From Candidatus Peregrinibacteria bacterium (GTDB lineage Bacteria > Patescibacteriota > Gracilibacteria > UBA1369), in contig OY970195.1 in the NCBI GenBank assembly GCA_963708185.1, forward strand, positions 320,001 to 384,000: a stretch of 64,000 nucleotides of DNA. Reading direction: 5' to 3'. How positions within the stretch are numbered: the stretch's first letter is position 1; every line of letters starts with the position of its first letter. Below, in pieces: positions 9,812 to 24,633 of the stretch. Position numbers and translations under genes: made by a program. The notes below the pieces were generated by a model. That model was given only the letters and a program-made list of their open reading frames with translations, was not told the DNA's origin and searched no databases.

Positions 9812-11581
9812 TTATTTTACGGTGACGCTTTTGGCCAGATTTCTCGGCATGTCAGGGTTGTTCTGGCGTAAAACGGCAAGGTGGTACGCAAGGAGCTGGA
9901 TGGGAATGATGTTGACGATGGGGGAGGCGATCCCGGCATCAGGGACTTTGATCCAGTAATCGAAAATGTCGTCGTTTTCAGGTGAGACGCCGATAATGAA
10001 CCCGCCGCGTGCCTTGACTTCACGGGCGTTGTTGAGGATGTCGGTGCGGGTGTCGTCGTTGGAAACGAGGACGATGCAGGGAGTGCCTTCACTGATTAAT
10101 GCGATGGGACCATGCTTGAGTTCTCCTCCGGCAAACCCTTCGGCGTGGATATAGGAAACTTCCTGGAGCTTGATGGCGGCTTCGAGAGCGATAGCATAAT
10201 TGACGGCTTTGCCTATGACGTACATGCTTTCATAATGTTGAATTTTTTCGGCAAGTTCGTGGATGTGTTCATCGTAACGGGGATTGAGCATGTCGTTGAT
10301 TTTTCCGGCGGTGTCGATGAGAAGCGTTTTTCCTTCCTGGAGTTTTCCCGCGCAAGCATAGGCCAGCAACGTCAGAATAGCCATTTGCGAGGTCGTCGCT
10401 TTGGTTGAAGCGACGGCCTTTTCCGGCCCTGCCTTGATGTGCAGGGAGTAGTCGGATTCACGGTCCATGGTGGATCCTTCGACGTTGACGATGGAAAGGA
10501 CCTTGGATTTTTTCTTTTTGGCGACCTCGATGGCTTCGAGAGTGTCTGCGGTTTCTCCGCTTTGTGAAACGGCGATGACGAGACTTTTTTCCTTCAGGAA
10601 GTCCTGGTGGCTGGGGAATTCGGACCCGACCACGACGTTGACGTGACGTTTGGCCACTTTTGCGAAAATATATTCTGTCGCCAGACAGACTTTTCCCGCG
10701 GTTCCACAGCCGATCAAGAAGGTTCCGTACGCTTTCTTGATCTCGTCGGCGATTTTCTCGATCTCGGCGTCATTCTGGTTGATGGCACGATAGATGCTGT
10801 CTTTCTGTTCCATGATTTCCTTGATCATGAAATGCGCGAAATTCCCCTTTTCGGCGGATTCGGCCTTCCAGTTGATTTCAACGACGCGTTTTTCAATCAG
10901 TTTGCCGGTTGAAATGTCGAAGAAGTGCGTGCCGTTGTTGATGACGACGAGCTGGTTGTCGTCCAGGTACATCACGTCGCGGGTGTAGTCCAGAAATGCC
11001 GGTATGTCCGATGCGACGAAATATTCGTTTTTACCGATTCCCACGATCAGAGGAGAACCTCTGCGGGCAGCGATGATCTTGCGGTCTCCGGCCTTCATGG
11101 CCAGGACGGCGTAGCGTCCTTCGAGCCTTTGCATGGCTTTCTTTGCGGCCTCTTCGAAGTCCATGGTCTTGCAGTATTCGGTGATGAGGTGCGTGATGAC
11201 TTCGGAATCGGTCTGGGATTTGAAGACGTAGCCTTTGCCCTGGAGTTCCTTTTTGAGCTCCTCAAAGTTTTCGATAATGCCGTTATGGACAATGGCGATC
11301 GTGGAGTCGGCGTTCATGTGGGGATGGGCGTTCGCGACCGTCACGCCGCCGTGGGTCGCCCAGCGGGAATGACCCAACGCCATGCTGCTCTTGGGGAATT
11401 TCGTTTTGGTGGCGTCGTAATCGCTGATTTTTCCGATCTGACGGTGAATTCCGAGTCGGTTACCTTCGTCATAGGCGACCCCCCAGGAATCGTAGCCCCG
11501 GTATTCCAGGCGTTTGAGTCCTTCAATCACAAACTCGGCGGCGTTTTTCCTTTGGCCTAAATAAGCAAAAATTCCGCACAT
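9812..11581 (-). CDS. glmS: Glutamine--fructose-6-phosphate aminotransferase
   Basis: True start is MCGIF at 11581 (N-terminal nucleophile Cys). Motifs LEYRGYDS, GHSRWATHG, SQSGET, ELKHGP and PRNLAKSVTV. Confidence 0.97.
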   Translation of the reverse strand: MCGIFAYLGQRKNAAEFVIEGLKRLEYRGYDSWGVAYDEGNRLGIHRQIGKISDYDATKTKFPKSSMALGHSRWATHGGVTVANAHPHMNADSTIAIVHNGIIENFEELKKELQGKGYVFKSQTDSEVITHLITEYCKTMDFEEAAKKAMQRLEGRYAVLAMKAGDRKIIAARRGSPLIVGIGKNEYFVASDIPAFLDYTRDVMYLDDNQLVVINNGTHFFDISTGKLIEKRVVEINWKAESAEKGNFAHFMIKEIMEQKDSIYRAINQNDAEIEKIADEIKKAYGTFLIGCGTAGKVCLATEYIFAKVAKRHVNVVVGSEFPSHQDFLKEKSLVIAVSQSGETADTLEAIEVAKKKKSKVLSIVNVEGSTMDRESDYSLHIKAGPEKAVASTKATTSQMAILTLLAYACAGKLQEGKTLLIDTAGKINDMLNPRYDEHIHELAEKIQHYESMYVIGKAVNYAIALEAAIKLQEVSYIHAEGFAGGELKHGPIALISEGTPCIVLVSNDDTRTDILNNAREVKARGGFIIGVSPENDDIFDYWIKVPDAGIASPIVNIIPIQLLAYHLAVLRQNNPDMPRNLAKSVTVK

Positions 11582-11583
11582 GG

Positions 11584-12921
11584 CTATTCGGTGATAAGTT
11601 TCATGGAATGTGGATTGTGAAAGATGTGGGTTCCGATAACATCTTTCAGTTCGCTTCTTTTTTTCAGGTGGATTGTCCAATGAATGCCGCGTTCAACCTC
11701 CAGGAGCCCGCAGATCTTTTCATGATTTTTCAGAGTGTTGAAAATGCTTTTCCCAACGTAATTGTCGTATTCCATGGCGATGACGTTGGAACCTTTTGCA
11801 GTGGGGTCGGGAGTTTTTTTGCGCCCTTCCGTCTTGCTGTAGCTGTAGGCCCGTTTGTTGATGAATACCGTCGGAATTTCCTTGTTGAGGTTGAGGATTT
11901 CGCCGCTCTCGATGAGATCGACTGCCGTCTGTTTCAGATTTTTTTTGTCCTTTACGCGGAAACCAAGATAAATCTGGCGATAGAGGGAGATATCCTTGTA
12001 TCCCATGGTTTTCAGAGTGTTTTCAAGCGTCCGTTCTTCGTTGTCGGTGATGATGAGCCTGACGAGGATTCCGATGTCCGGCCCCCGCTTCACTTTTTCC
12101 ACGGCTTCAAGCGGGTTGGCTTTGTAGGTTTTTTCGGCCGGGGCTTTGACCGATTTATGAATTCTGTTCTTGCTTGAGCTCTTCAGGAATGAAGCCAGAG
12201 AATCAAAAATGGCCTGCCCCTTGATCGTGCGTTCAGGGTGCGGCATCAGTGACATGACGTTGCCTTCGGGGTTGCAGACGCCGGCCAGGTTGTACATGGC
12301 GCCGTTCGGGTTTACCGGGAATTCGTCGATGAATTTCCCGTTTTTATCGCAGTAACGGAACAGCGCCTGGTCGTTTGCTATGAGTTTTTTGAGGATGGTT
12401 TTGTCTTTGCTCGTAAAACGCCCTTCGCCGTGCGCGACGGGAATCTGCATGATCGTTTTGGGGCTGAAGCGGTTGAAAACGCTTCTGCCCTGCTTGGCGT
12501 CATGCCGGATGTAGACCCAATCGTTGTAGAATCCCACGCCCAGGATTTTTCCTTTTCTGATGCGTTCGTTCCAGGCCAGGGCCATTTCAAGGTGCTCGGG
12601 TCGGAGTCCCGGGATCATGCCCGTTTCAACAAGAATCTGTGCTCCATTGCAGATTCCAAGGACAGGTTTGCCTTTCTGGGCTTCCTTGCGGATCGGTTCC
12701 ATGATGGGATCTTTCGAAGCGATAATTCCGGAACGTCCACGGTCTTCATAGGAAAAACCGCCGGGAATAATAAAAGCGTCGTAACTGCCGAGTTTCTTGG
12801 AGTGGTCGTTCCAACGAACAAGATCCGCTTCCATATGCGATCTTCTGACTGCTCGCAGCGCTTCGAGTTCGCAGTTGCTTCCGGGGAAGAGGATGACGGC
12901 TACTTTTGGAGATTTCATCAC
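11584..12921 (-). CDS. purQ: FGAM synthase glutaminase subunit PurQ with C-terminal PurS-like extension
   Basis: FPGSNC, PGGFSYED, GICNGAQIL, AHGEG and MPHPER motifs; about 200 extra C-terminal residues. Confidence 0.9.
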   Translation of the reverse strand: MMKSPKVAVILFPGSNCELEALRAVRRSHMEADLVRWNDHSKKLGSYDAFIIPGGFSYEDRGRSGIIASKDPIMEPIRKEAQKGKPVLGICNGAQILVETGMIPGLRPEHLEMALAWNERIRKGKILGVGFYNDWVYIRHDAKQGRSVFNRFSPKTIMQIPVAHGEGRFTSKDKTILKKLIANDQALFRYCDKNGKFIDEFPVNPNGAMYNLAGVCNPEGNVMSLMPHPERTIKGQAIFDSLASFLKSSSKNRIHKSVKAPAEKTYKANPLEAVEKVKRGPDIGILVRLIITDNEERTLENTLKTMGYKDISLYRQIYLGFRVKDKKNLKQTAVDLIESGEILNLNKEIPTVFINKRAYSYSKTEGRKKTPDPTAKGSNVIAMEYDNYVGKSIFNTLKNHEKICGLLEVERGIHWTIHLKKRSELKDVIGTHIFHNPHSMKLITE

Positions 12922-14022
12922 TTAGTGAATAGGGAAGATAGAGTCCTTCAATTGCTTAGGAATTTTTGTGAGGTTCACGACGTTCTGACGCTTTACTAAT
13001 ACCATATCTTCGATCCGAACGCCAAAGGAATTGTCCAGATAAATGCCGGGTTCGGACGTGACGACGGTGCCTTCGGGGATGGGCTTGTCATATCCTACAG
13101 AAAGCGTTGGAGCTTCGTGGACTTCAAGCCCGATGCCGTGCCCCAGGCTGTGGCCGAACGTTTCTCCGTATCCGGCTTCGGTGATGACGTCTCTTGCCCA
13201 TTTGTCCGCAATGTTGCCTTTTACTCCTGCCTTGAGTTTTTGGATAGCCGTTTCCTGGGCTTTGAGGACGGTGTTGTAGATTTTTGCCTCGAAAACCGTC
13301 GGTTTTTTGGTGAAAATCATACGGGTCATGTCCGAACAGTAACCTTTGTACATCATACCCATGTCAATAAGGACAATATCGCCTTTTTTGAGTTTCCGGC
13401 TTGAGTTCTGGTGGTGCGGACTGGCGCTGTTTTGTTGGAAACCGACGATCGGCGGAAAGGAGATGGTATCGGCCCCGAACTCATGACCGAGCCGTTCGAT
13501 TTCCCAGGCGACCTGGAGTTCCGTTTTTCCGGGCTTAAGGTTTTTTCGGACTTCGACGAACACTTTTTCGGCGATGCGTTGTGCTTTGGTCAGCAGTTTT
13601 ATCTCTTCGGGCGACTTGATGACGCGGAGTTTTTCCACGATGCCGCTTGCTTCTTTGAGTCTGCATTTTCTGAGGTGTTTTTTAAGGACTGAATGTTTAA
13701 AATAACTGACGTTTTTTTCTTCGAAACCCACGGTTGCGGTTTTTTCTCTGTCGATCAGTTCCTGCAACGAAGCGATGAATCCCGTTTTCATTTCAACGAG
13801 CTTTACGGTCGGAGGCAGGATTTTTTTCGCGACGGCGGTGTAGCGAAAATCCGTGATGAAATAGGCTTTTTTGGCGGTGATGAAAAGCTGGCCGTTGGTA
13901 CCGGTGAAGTGGCTGAGGTAGCGGACGTTGAAACCGTCCGTCACCAAGAAGGCATCAAGTTTTTGTTTCTTCTGTTCACGCTGGGCATTCTTGATGCGTG
14001 CGGAAATTTCCGATGTTTTCAC
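12922..14022 (-). CDS. Xaa-Pro aminopeptidase (M24)
   Basis: Creatinase-like N-terminus; YCSDMTR, HSLGHGIGLEVHE, EPGIY and GVRIED motifs. Confidence 0.92.
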   Translation of the reverse strand: MKTSEISARIKNAQREQKKQKLDAFLVTDGFNVRYLSHFTGTNGQLFITAKKAYFITDFRYTAVAKKILPPTVKLVEMKTGFIASLQELIDREKTATVGFEEKNVSYFKHSVLKKHLRKCRLKEASGIVEKLRVIKSPEEIKLLTKAQRIAEKVFVEVRKNLKPGKTELQVAWEIERLGHEFGADTISFPPIVGFQQNSASPHHQNSSRKLKKGDIVLIDMGMMYKGYCSDMTRMIFTKKPTVFEAKIYNTVLKAQETAIQKLKAGVKGNIADKWARDVITEAGYGETFGHSLGHGIGLEVHEAPTLSVGYDKPIPEGTVVTSEPGIYLDNSFGVRIEDMVLVKRQNVVNLTKIPKQLKDSIFPIH

Positions 14023-14023
14023 G

Positions 14024-14599
14024 TTAGTTGTTCTTTAGAAAGTAGGTGACGATCTCTTCCGTCGTGGTGACGGATTCGGGCATTTTTTTGAGAATTTTGG
14101 CGACTTCAAATCTCTGGTAACCGAGTCCGACCAACGCTTCGATGGCTTCCTCATTGGTTTCTTCGCTTTCGGCCAGATTTCCGTGGAGGCGCATTGAATC
14201 GACCCAGTCGAGTTTGTTCTTCAGCTCGACAATGATTCTTTCGGCGGTTTTTTTGCCGATGCCGGGGATTTTGCTCAGGTAGAGAATGTTGTTGCTCAAG
14301 ATGGCGGCCTTGGTCTTCTGGATGTCCTGTGAAAGAATTTCCAGCGCGATTTTCGGCCCCACGCCGTTGACGTTGATCATGGTTTTGAAAAATTCGAGTT
14401 CTTCGACGGTGAGAAAACCGTAGAGACTGATATCATCCTCACGGACCTTGGTGTAAGTATAGAGTTCGAGCATTTTCCCATCCGAGGATTTTTCAAGCAG
14501 AGGGGTCGGAATGTTCACGATATACCCGACGTTTCCGGTATTGACGATGATGCTTTTCGGAAGTTTTTTCTGGATGGTTCCCTGGAGATATCCGATCAT
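14024..14599 (-). CDS. ruvA: Holliday junction branch migration protein RuvA
   Basis: MIGYLQG, VREDD..LYGF, HhH motifs GVGPK and PGIGKKTAERI. Confidence 0.95.
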   Translation of the reverse strand: MIGYLQGTIQKKLPKSIIVNTGNVGYIVNIPTPLLEKSSDGKMLELYTYTKVREDDISLYGFLTVEELEFFKTMINVNGVGPKIALEILSQDIQKTKAAILSNNILYLSKIPGIGKKTAERIIVELKNKLDWVDSMRLHGNLAESEETNEEAIEALVGLGYQRFEVAKILKKMPESVTTTEEIVTYFLKNN

Positions 14600-14608
14600 A
14601 AAAGATTG

Positions 14609-20217
<5,609 letters not shown>

Positions 20218-20236
20218 GTTTCTTTTGTTGTAAAAC

Positions 20237-20271
20237 AAAAACCCTCCGCAAGTGTATTGGGAGGGGTTTTT
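20237..20271. terminator. Bidirectional intrinsic terminator
   Basis: AAAAACCCTCC...GGAGGGGTTTTT between convergent genes. Confidence 0.7.
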
Positions 20272-20296
20272 GGAGAGCTTTGCGGGCCGCAGACAA

Positions 20297-20659
20297 CTAT
20301 TTTTTCTTGGCGGTTGTCTTCTTGGCCGTGGTTTTTTTCTTGGTGGTTTTTTTTGTTGATTCTTCGCTTGCTGATTCCGGGTTTTCGACAGCCTTCACTT
20401 TCTTTTCTTTCATTTCCTGCATCTTCTTTACCTTGGCGCGGAATTTATCGACGCGGCCTGCGGTATCGATGATCTTCTGTTTGCCGGTGAAGAACGGATG
20501 GGAATCGGAAGTAATTTCAACTTTGACCACGTTGTATTCTGTGTCACCGACCTTTTTGGTTTCCTGGGTCTTGCGGGTGGTGAAAGAGATGAATTCAGCA
20601 CCGGTTGAAAGATCAACGAACAGTGCCGGGTAGATCTTAGGATGAATGTCTTTTTTCAT
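20297..20659 (-). CDS. rpmE: 50S ribosomal protein L31 (Cys-free, type B-like) with Lys/Thr-rich tail
   Basis: MKKDIHP and SHPFFTGKQK..DTAGRVDKF motifs; no Cys residues. Confidence 0.93.
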   Translation of the reverse strand: MKKDIHPKIYPALFVDLSTGAEFISFTTRKTQETKKVGDTEYNVVKVEITSDSHPFFTGKQKIIDTAGRVDKFRAKVKKMQEMKEKKVKAVENPESASEESTKKTTKKKTTAKKTTAKKK

Positions 20660-20763
20660 GGCTTGTAGAAGTGATATTTAGATGCTTTTTGACAAAAATG
20701 CCATTGAACTATACAAGAAATTTTTTTTTAAGGCAAGGTAAAGCGCAGGCAAGGCTTCAAGCA

Positions 20764-23334
20764 CTATTTTTTCGTGCTGACGAGCTGGGTTTGTTTCTTG
20801 TCCACCTGGCCTTCTTCGGGTTTTTCTTCAACGCCGTCACTTTCTATCACCGTGGTGGAGGCGACTTTATCGTCTCCACTCATTCTCATCAGGTACACGC
20901 CCTGAGTCGTACGGCCCTGAGACGGTATTGATTTGAGATCCATGCGGATGATGACGCCGTGTCTCGAAACGATGATGAGATCGCCTTTGGTGTCTTCATT
21001 GATAACTTTAGCCCCCACGATTTTTCCGGTTTTTGGAGTGATGTGGGCGGTTTTTACGCCCGATCCGCCGCGTGTCTGCAAGCGGTAATCCGTGGTCTTG
21101 GTGCACTTGCCCAGACCGTTTTCCATGATAACGAGAAGTTCGGCTTTCTTGGTGTCTTTGATGACGTCCATATCGACGACTTCGTCGCCTTCGTGGAGAC
21201 GGATGCCGCGTACGCCCATCGAGGCACGGCCGGTCGGATTGACGTCGGATTCGTTGAAGCGGATGGATTTCCCTTCGCGGCTGATGATCATGATTTCGTT
21301 GCCTTCGCTCGTCTGGCGGACCCATTCAAGCATGTCTCCTTCGCGGAGTTTGATGGCGATCAAGCCGCTGCGGCGGACATTCTTGAAATCGGCGATCGGC
21401 GTTTTTTTCACGGTTCCCTTGTTCGTCGTCATGAAGAGGAACTGTCCGGTGAGCTGTTCGCCGGTGCCCAGGATCGACGTGACGTTTTCACCGTCCTGGA
21501 GCTGCAAAAGATTGACCACGGCCTGTCCTTTTGATTGACGCGATCCGAGTGGAATTTCGTAGACCGGCTGGCGGAAGACGCGTCCGTAGTTGGTAAAGAA
21601 GAGGACTTCATCGTGGTTTTTTGCCGGAAGCACGATGCGGATTTCATCTTCTTCCTTGGTGGTGGCCCCGATAATACCTTTCCCTCCGCGATGTTGTGCG
21701 CGGAAAGTCGAAGGCGGCATGCGCTTGATATAGTTTTCCCTGGTCAGCATCACAATCATCGGTTCGTTCGGGATGGTGTCTTTCATGCCGATCTGGCCGA
21801 GGGCTTCGGGATGCACTTCCGTCTTGCGATCGTCACCATAGTTTTTCTTGATTTCGGTAAGTTCATCCTTGATGATCTTCATGACCTTTTTTTCGTCTTT
21901 CAGGATGCCTTCGAGTTCGGCGATGAGTTTGACCTTCTCATTGTATTCATCTTCGATTTTTTTACGTTCAAGTCCGGCGAGCGTCTGGAGTCTCATCTCC
22001 AAAATGGCTTTGGATTGCAGGTCGCTGAGTTTGAACTTTTTCATCAACGCCGCATGAGCGTCTTCCTTTGTCGCGGATTTGCGGATCGTGGCGATGATCT
22101 CGTCGATGTGATCAAGGGCCGTCTTTAAACCTTCGAGGATGTGGAGTCTTTCCTTGGCGATACGAAGTTCAAATTTGGTGCGGTTGGTGACAACTTCCTT
22201 GCGGTGGGCCACAAAATATTCGAGGATCTGTTTCAGATCCAGAAGTCTCGGCTGCAGGCCGTCGACGAGCGCGATCATGTTGAAATTGAACGTGTCCTGC
22301 ATCTGGGTCAGCTTGAAGAGCTGGTTGAGGATTTTTTTCGGATAGGCGTCTTTCTTGAGTTCGATGACGACGCGGATGCCTTCGCGGTTGGATTCATCGC
22401 GGACGTCGCTGATGCCGACGATTTTTTTGTCGCGAACGAGTTCGGCGATCTTGGTGACAAGGTTGGCCTTGTTTACCTGGTAGGGGATTTCGTGAATGAT
22501 GATTTCAAATCTGCCGCTTTTCTTTTCTTCGATGGTGGTTTTCGCTCTCATCACGATTCCGCCGCGTCCGGTGGTGTAGGCCTGCTTGATGGCGTTGACG
22601 TCATAAATCATACCTCCGGTCGGGAAGTCCGGGCCTTTGATGAACTCCATCAGATCTTCAACCGTGGCTTCGGGGGTCTGCATGAGATGCGTAATGCCGT
22701 CGATGAGTTCTCTGAGGTTATGTGGAGGGATAGATGTTGCCATACCTACCGCGATGCCCTGCGATCCGTTGAGGAGCAGCTGGGGGATTTTTGTCGGAAG
22801 AACTTTCGGTTCCTGCAAACGGCCGTCGTAGTTCGGCTGCCAGGGGATGGTCTCTTTTTCAATATCAGCCAGCATTTCTTCAGTGATTTTTTCCATTTTC
22901 GCTTCGGTATAACGCATGGCCGCCGCGCTGTCTCCGTCGATGGAACCGAAGTTTCCCTGGCCTCTCACAAGGGTGTAACGCATCGCGAATTCCTGGGCCA
23001 TGCGGACCATGGATTCATACACCGGTGCGTCGCCGTGGGGGTGGTATTTACCAAGGACTTCACCTACCAGGGTGGCTGATTTTCGGAATGAACCCGTCGA
23101 GCGTAAGCCAATGTCATGCATAGCGAATAAAATACGTCTGTGGACCGGTTTCAGTCCGTCACGGACGTCGGGCAAAGCGCGGGAAACGATCACGCTCATG
23201 GCGTAATCCAAATATGAGCTTTGCATTTCTTCTGAAATATTGCGTAACGTATGATCGCTGAACATTTCTCCTGAGGTTGGAGTCTCATTTTTCTTCGATT
23301 CTTCGTTGGAAGGTGAAGGTTGATTTTCGGCCAT
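20764..23334 (-). CDS. gyrA: DNA gyrase subunit A
   Basis: DGLKPVHRR, YHPHGD, AAMRYTE and the GyrA box QHRGGKG. Confidence 0.97.
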   Translation of the reverse strand: MAENQPSPSNEESKKNETPTSGEMFSDHTLRNISEEMQSSYLDYAMSVIVSRALPDVRDGLKPVHRRILFAMHDIGLRSTGSFRKSATLVGEVLGKYHPHGDAPVYESMVRMAQEFAMRYTLVRGQGNFGSIDGDSAAAMRYTEAKMEKITEEMLADIEKETIPWQPNYDGRLQEPKVLPTKIPQLLLNGSQGIAVGMATSIPPHNLRELIDGITHLMQTPEATVEDLMEFIKGPDFPTGGMIYDVNAIKQAYTTGRGGIVMRAKTTIEEKKSGRFEIIIHEIPYQVNKANLVTKIAELVRDKKIVGISDVRDESNREGIRVVIELKKDAYPKKILNQLFKLTQMQDTFNFNMIALVDGLQPRLLDLKQILEYFVAHRKEVVTNRTKFELRIAKERLHILEGLKTALDHIDEIIATIRKSATKEDAHAALMKKFKLSDLQSKAILEMRLQTLAGLERKKIEDEYNEKVKLIAELEGILKDEKKVMKIIKDELTEIKKNYGDDRKTEVHPEALGQIGMKDTIPNEPMIVMLTRENYIKRMPPSTFRAQHRGGKGIIGATTKEEDEIRIVLPAKNHDEVLFFTNYGRVFRQPVYEIPLGSRQSKGQAVVNLLQLQDGENVTSILGTGEQLTGQFLFMTTNKGTVKKTPIADFKNVRRSGLIAIKLREGDMLEWVRQTSEGNEIMIISREGKSIRFNESDVNPTGRASMGVRGIRLHEGDEVVDMDVIKDTKKAELLVIMENGLGKCTKTTDYRLQTRGGSGVKTAHITPKTGKIVGAKVINEDTKGDLIIVSRHGVIIRMDLKSIPSQGRTTQGVYLMRMSGDDKVASTTVIESDGVEEKPEEGQVDKKQTQLVSTKK

Positions 23335-23435
23335 AAGAAAAACAAAAATTAGGTTTTTTGGGGTATGCCGAACGGTACTTTATCACAATTTATGGAAAAA
23401 TACAGTATCAAAACGTACTTTTTGCTTTGCTGTTA

Positions 23436-23464
23436 TTGAAGAATGGGCTGTTTTTTGGTATACT
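23436..23464 (+). promoter_or_regulatory. Putative sigma70 promoter
   Basis: TTGAAG-17 nt-TATACT with an extended TG. Confidence 0.5.
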
Positions 23465-23520
23465 ATTAAGAAAATCAAAACAAGGGAAAACTGTGAAGTT
23501 CAAAAACAAAAACTTAAAGC

Positions 23521-24633
23521 ATGGCTGAAGAAAACACACAAAATCAGAACCAGGGACAACAGACACAGACTTCCCAGGCTTCGGCTCCTCAGGCAGGCCA
23601 GTCAAACAGCCAGCCTGCGGGGGATTCTGCCCCGATGCCGGCTTGGTTGAAAAACGTCCAGGGCCTACAAACCCACGAGGAAAAAGGAGCTCCGTTGATT
23701 GATCAGGGTTATGATCCTGTTCACGGTACGTTCTCCGCTGACAAAAACGATCAGCAAACTCAGGCTTCCCAGGCTTCCGGGGAAGCCTCTGAGGGACCAT
23801 CAGAACCGGCTGTTTCGTCTAATCAGATTGTTCCGGAAACCAGCCAGAATGAGGTTGATAAGGCTCTCAAAGGAGACGCGCCTTTACCTTTGTGGCTCAA
23901 GAAAGCAAGTTCCGAACCGCTTTCGGCTCCCGGTGTCGCCGCTGCGAGCGGGGGTTTGCCGGAGGAAACATCCGCTGTTCAAGCGCAGGCACCAGCCCCA
24001 GCACCAACACCAACACCAACACCATTGACTCCGGCACGAGGACCAGCACAAACTCCCTCAGCACCTTCGGCCCCAGCTGCACCTTCCGCAGTTCAGAATC
24101 CAAGTGGTAAACCGGAACAGGCAAATCCCGTCGCCAACGATGAATTTTCAAAACTCCTCGCGTCTTCACAGCAGGGCGAGTCTGCTCCATCGACCCCGGC
24201 TCCGGCGGTTCCGGCAGCTCCTGTTGAGGTCTCGCCTCCAGCCCAGGCTCCTGTTGTTCCAATCTCAACTCCTGCTCCAGCCCAGGCAGCTTCTGCCGTC
24301 CCAACTTCCACTGTTCTCAAAACACCAGTTCAAACCCAACCACAACAGGAACCCGAAAAAAATATTCCTGAAAAAATTCCGGGACTTTTGGAAACGAAGG
24401 TCGTAGAAAAGCAGCCCGCCGTTTCACAGCCAGCTGCAGCATCGGTACAACCATCGGCAGTCAAGGAAACCGCAGCCCAGGAGAAAAAAGCCGAGACACT
24501 TGAGTCTGTGAAGAAAGGGATGTTCTCCTTCCTGGATTTTGGGAAAAAAGCTTTACAGAAAGGCGCCGTCGCGGTACAAGCCGGCAAGGCCGCGGGGAGC
24601 TCCTCCTGCGCCGAAACCTCTTCCCCCGGCTGA
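23521..24633 (+). CDS. Pro/Ala/Gln-rich disordered region, probably the N-terminal part of the VirB4-like ATPase (frameshifted)
   Basis: Low-complexity ORF. It reads through into the ATPase frame if one G is removed from GGGG at 24594-24597. Confidence 0.65.
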   Translation: MAEENTQNQNQGQQTQTSQASAPQAGQSNSQPAGDSAPMPAWLKNVQGLQTHEEKGAPLIDQGYDPVHGTFSADKNDQQTQASQASGEASEGPSEPAVSSNQIVPETSQNEVDKALKGDAPLPLWLKKASSEPLSAPGVAAASGGLPEETSAVQAQAPAPAPTPTPTPLTPARGPAQTPSAPSAPAAPSAVQNPSGKPEQANPVANDEFSKLLASSQQGESAPSTPAPAVPAAPVEVSPPAQAPVVPISTPAPAQAASAVPTSTVLKTPVQTQPQQEPEKNIPEKIPGLLETKVVEKQPAVSQPAAASVQPSAVKETAAQEKKAETLESVKKGMFSFLDFGKKALQKGAVAVQAGKAAGSSSCAETSSPG

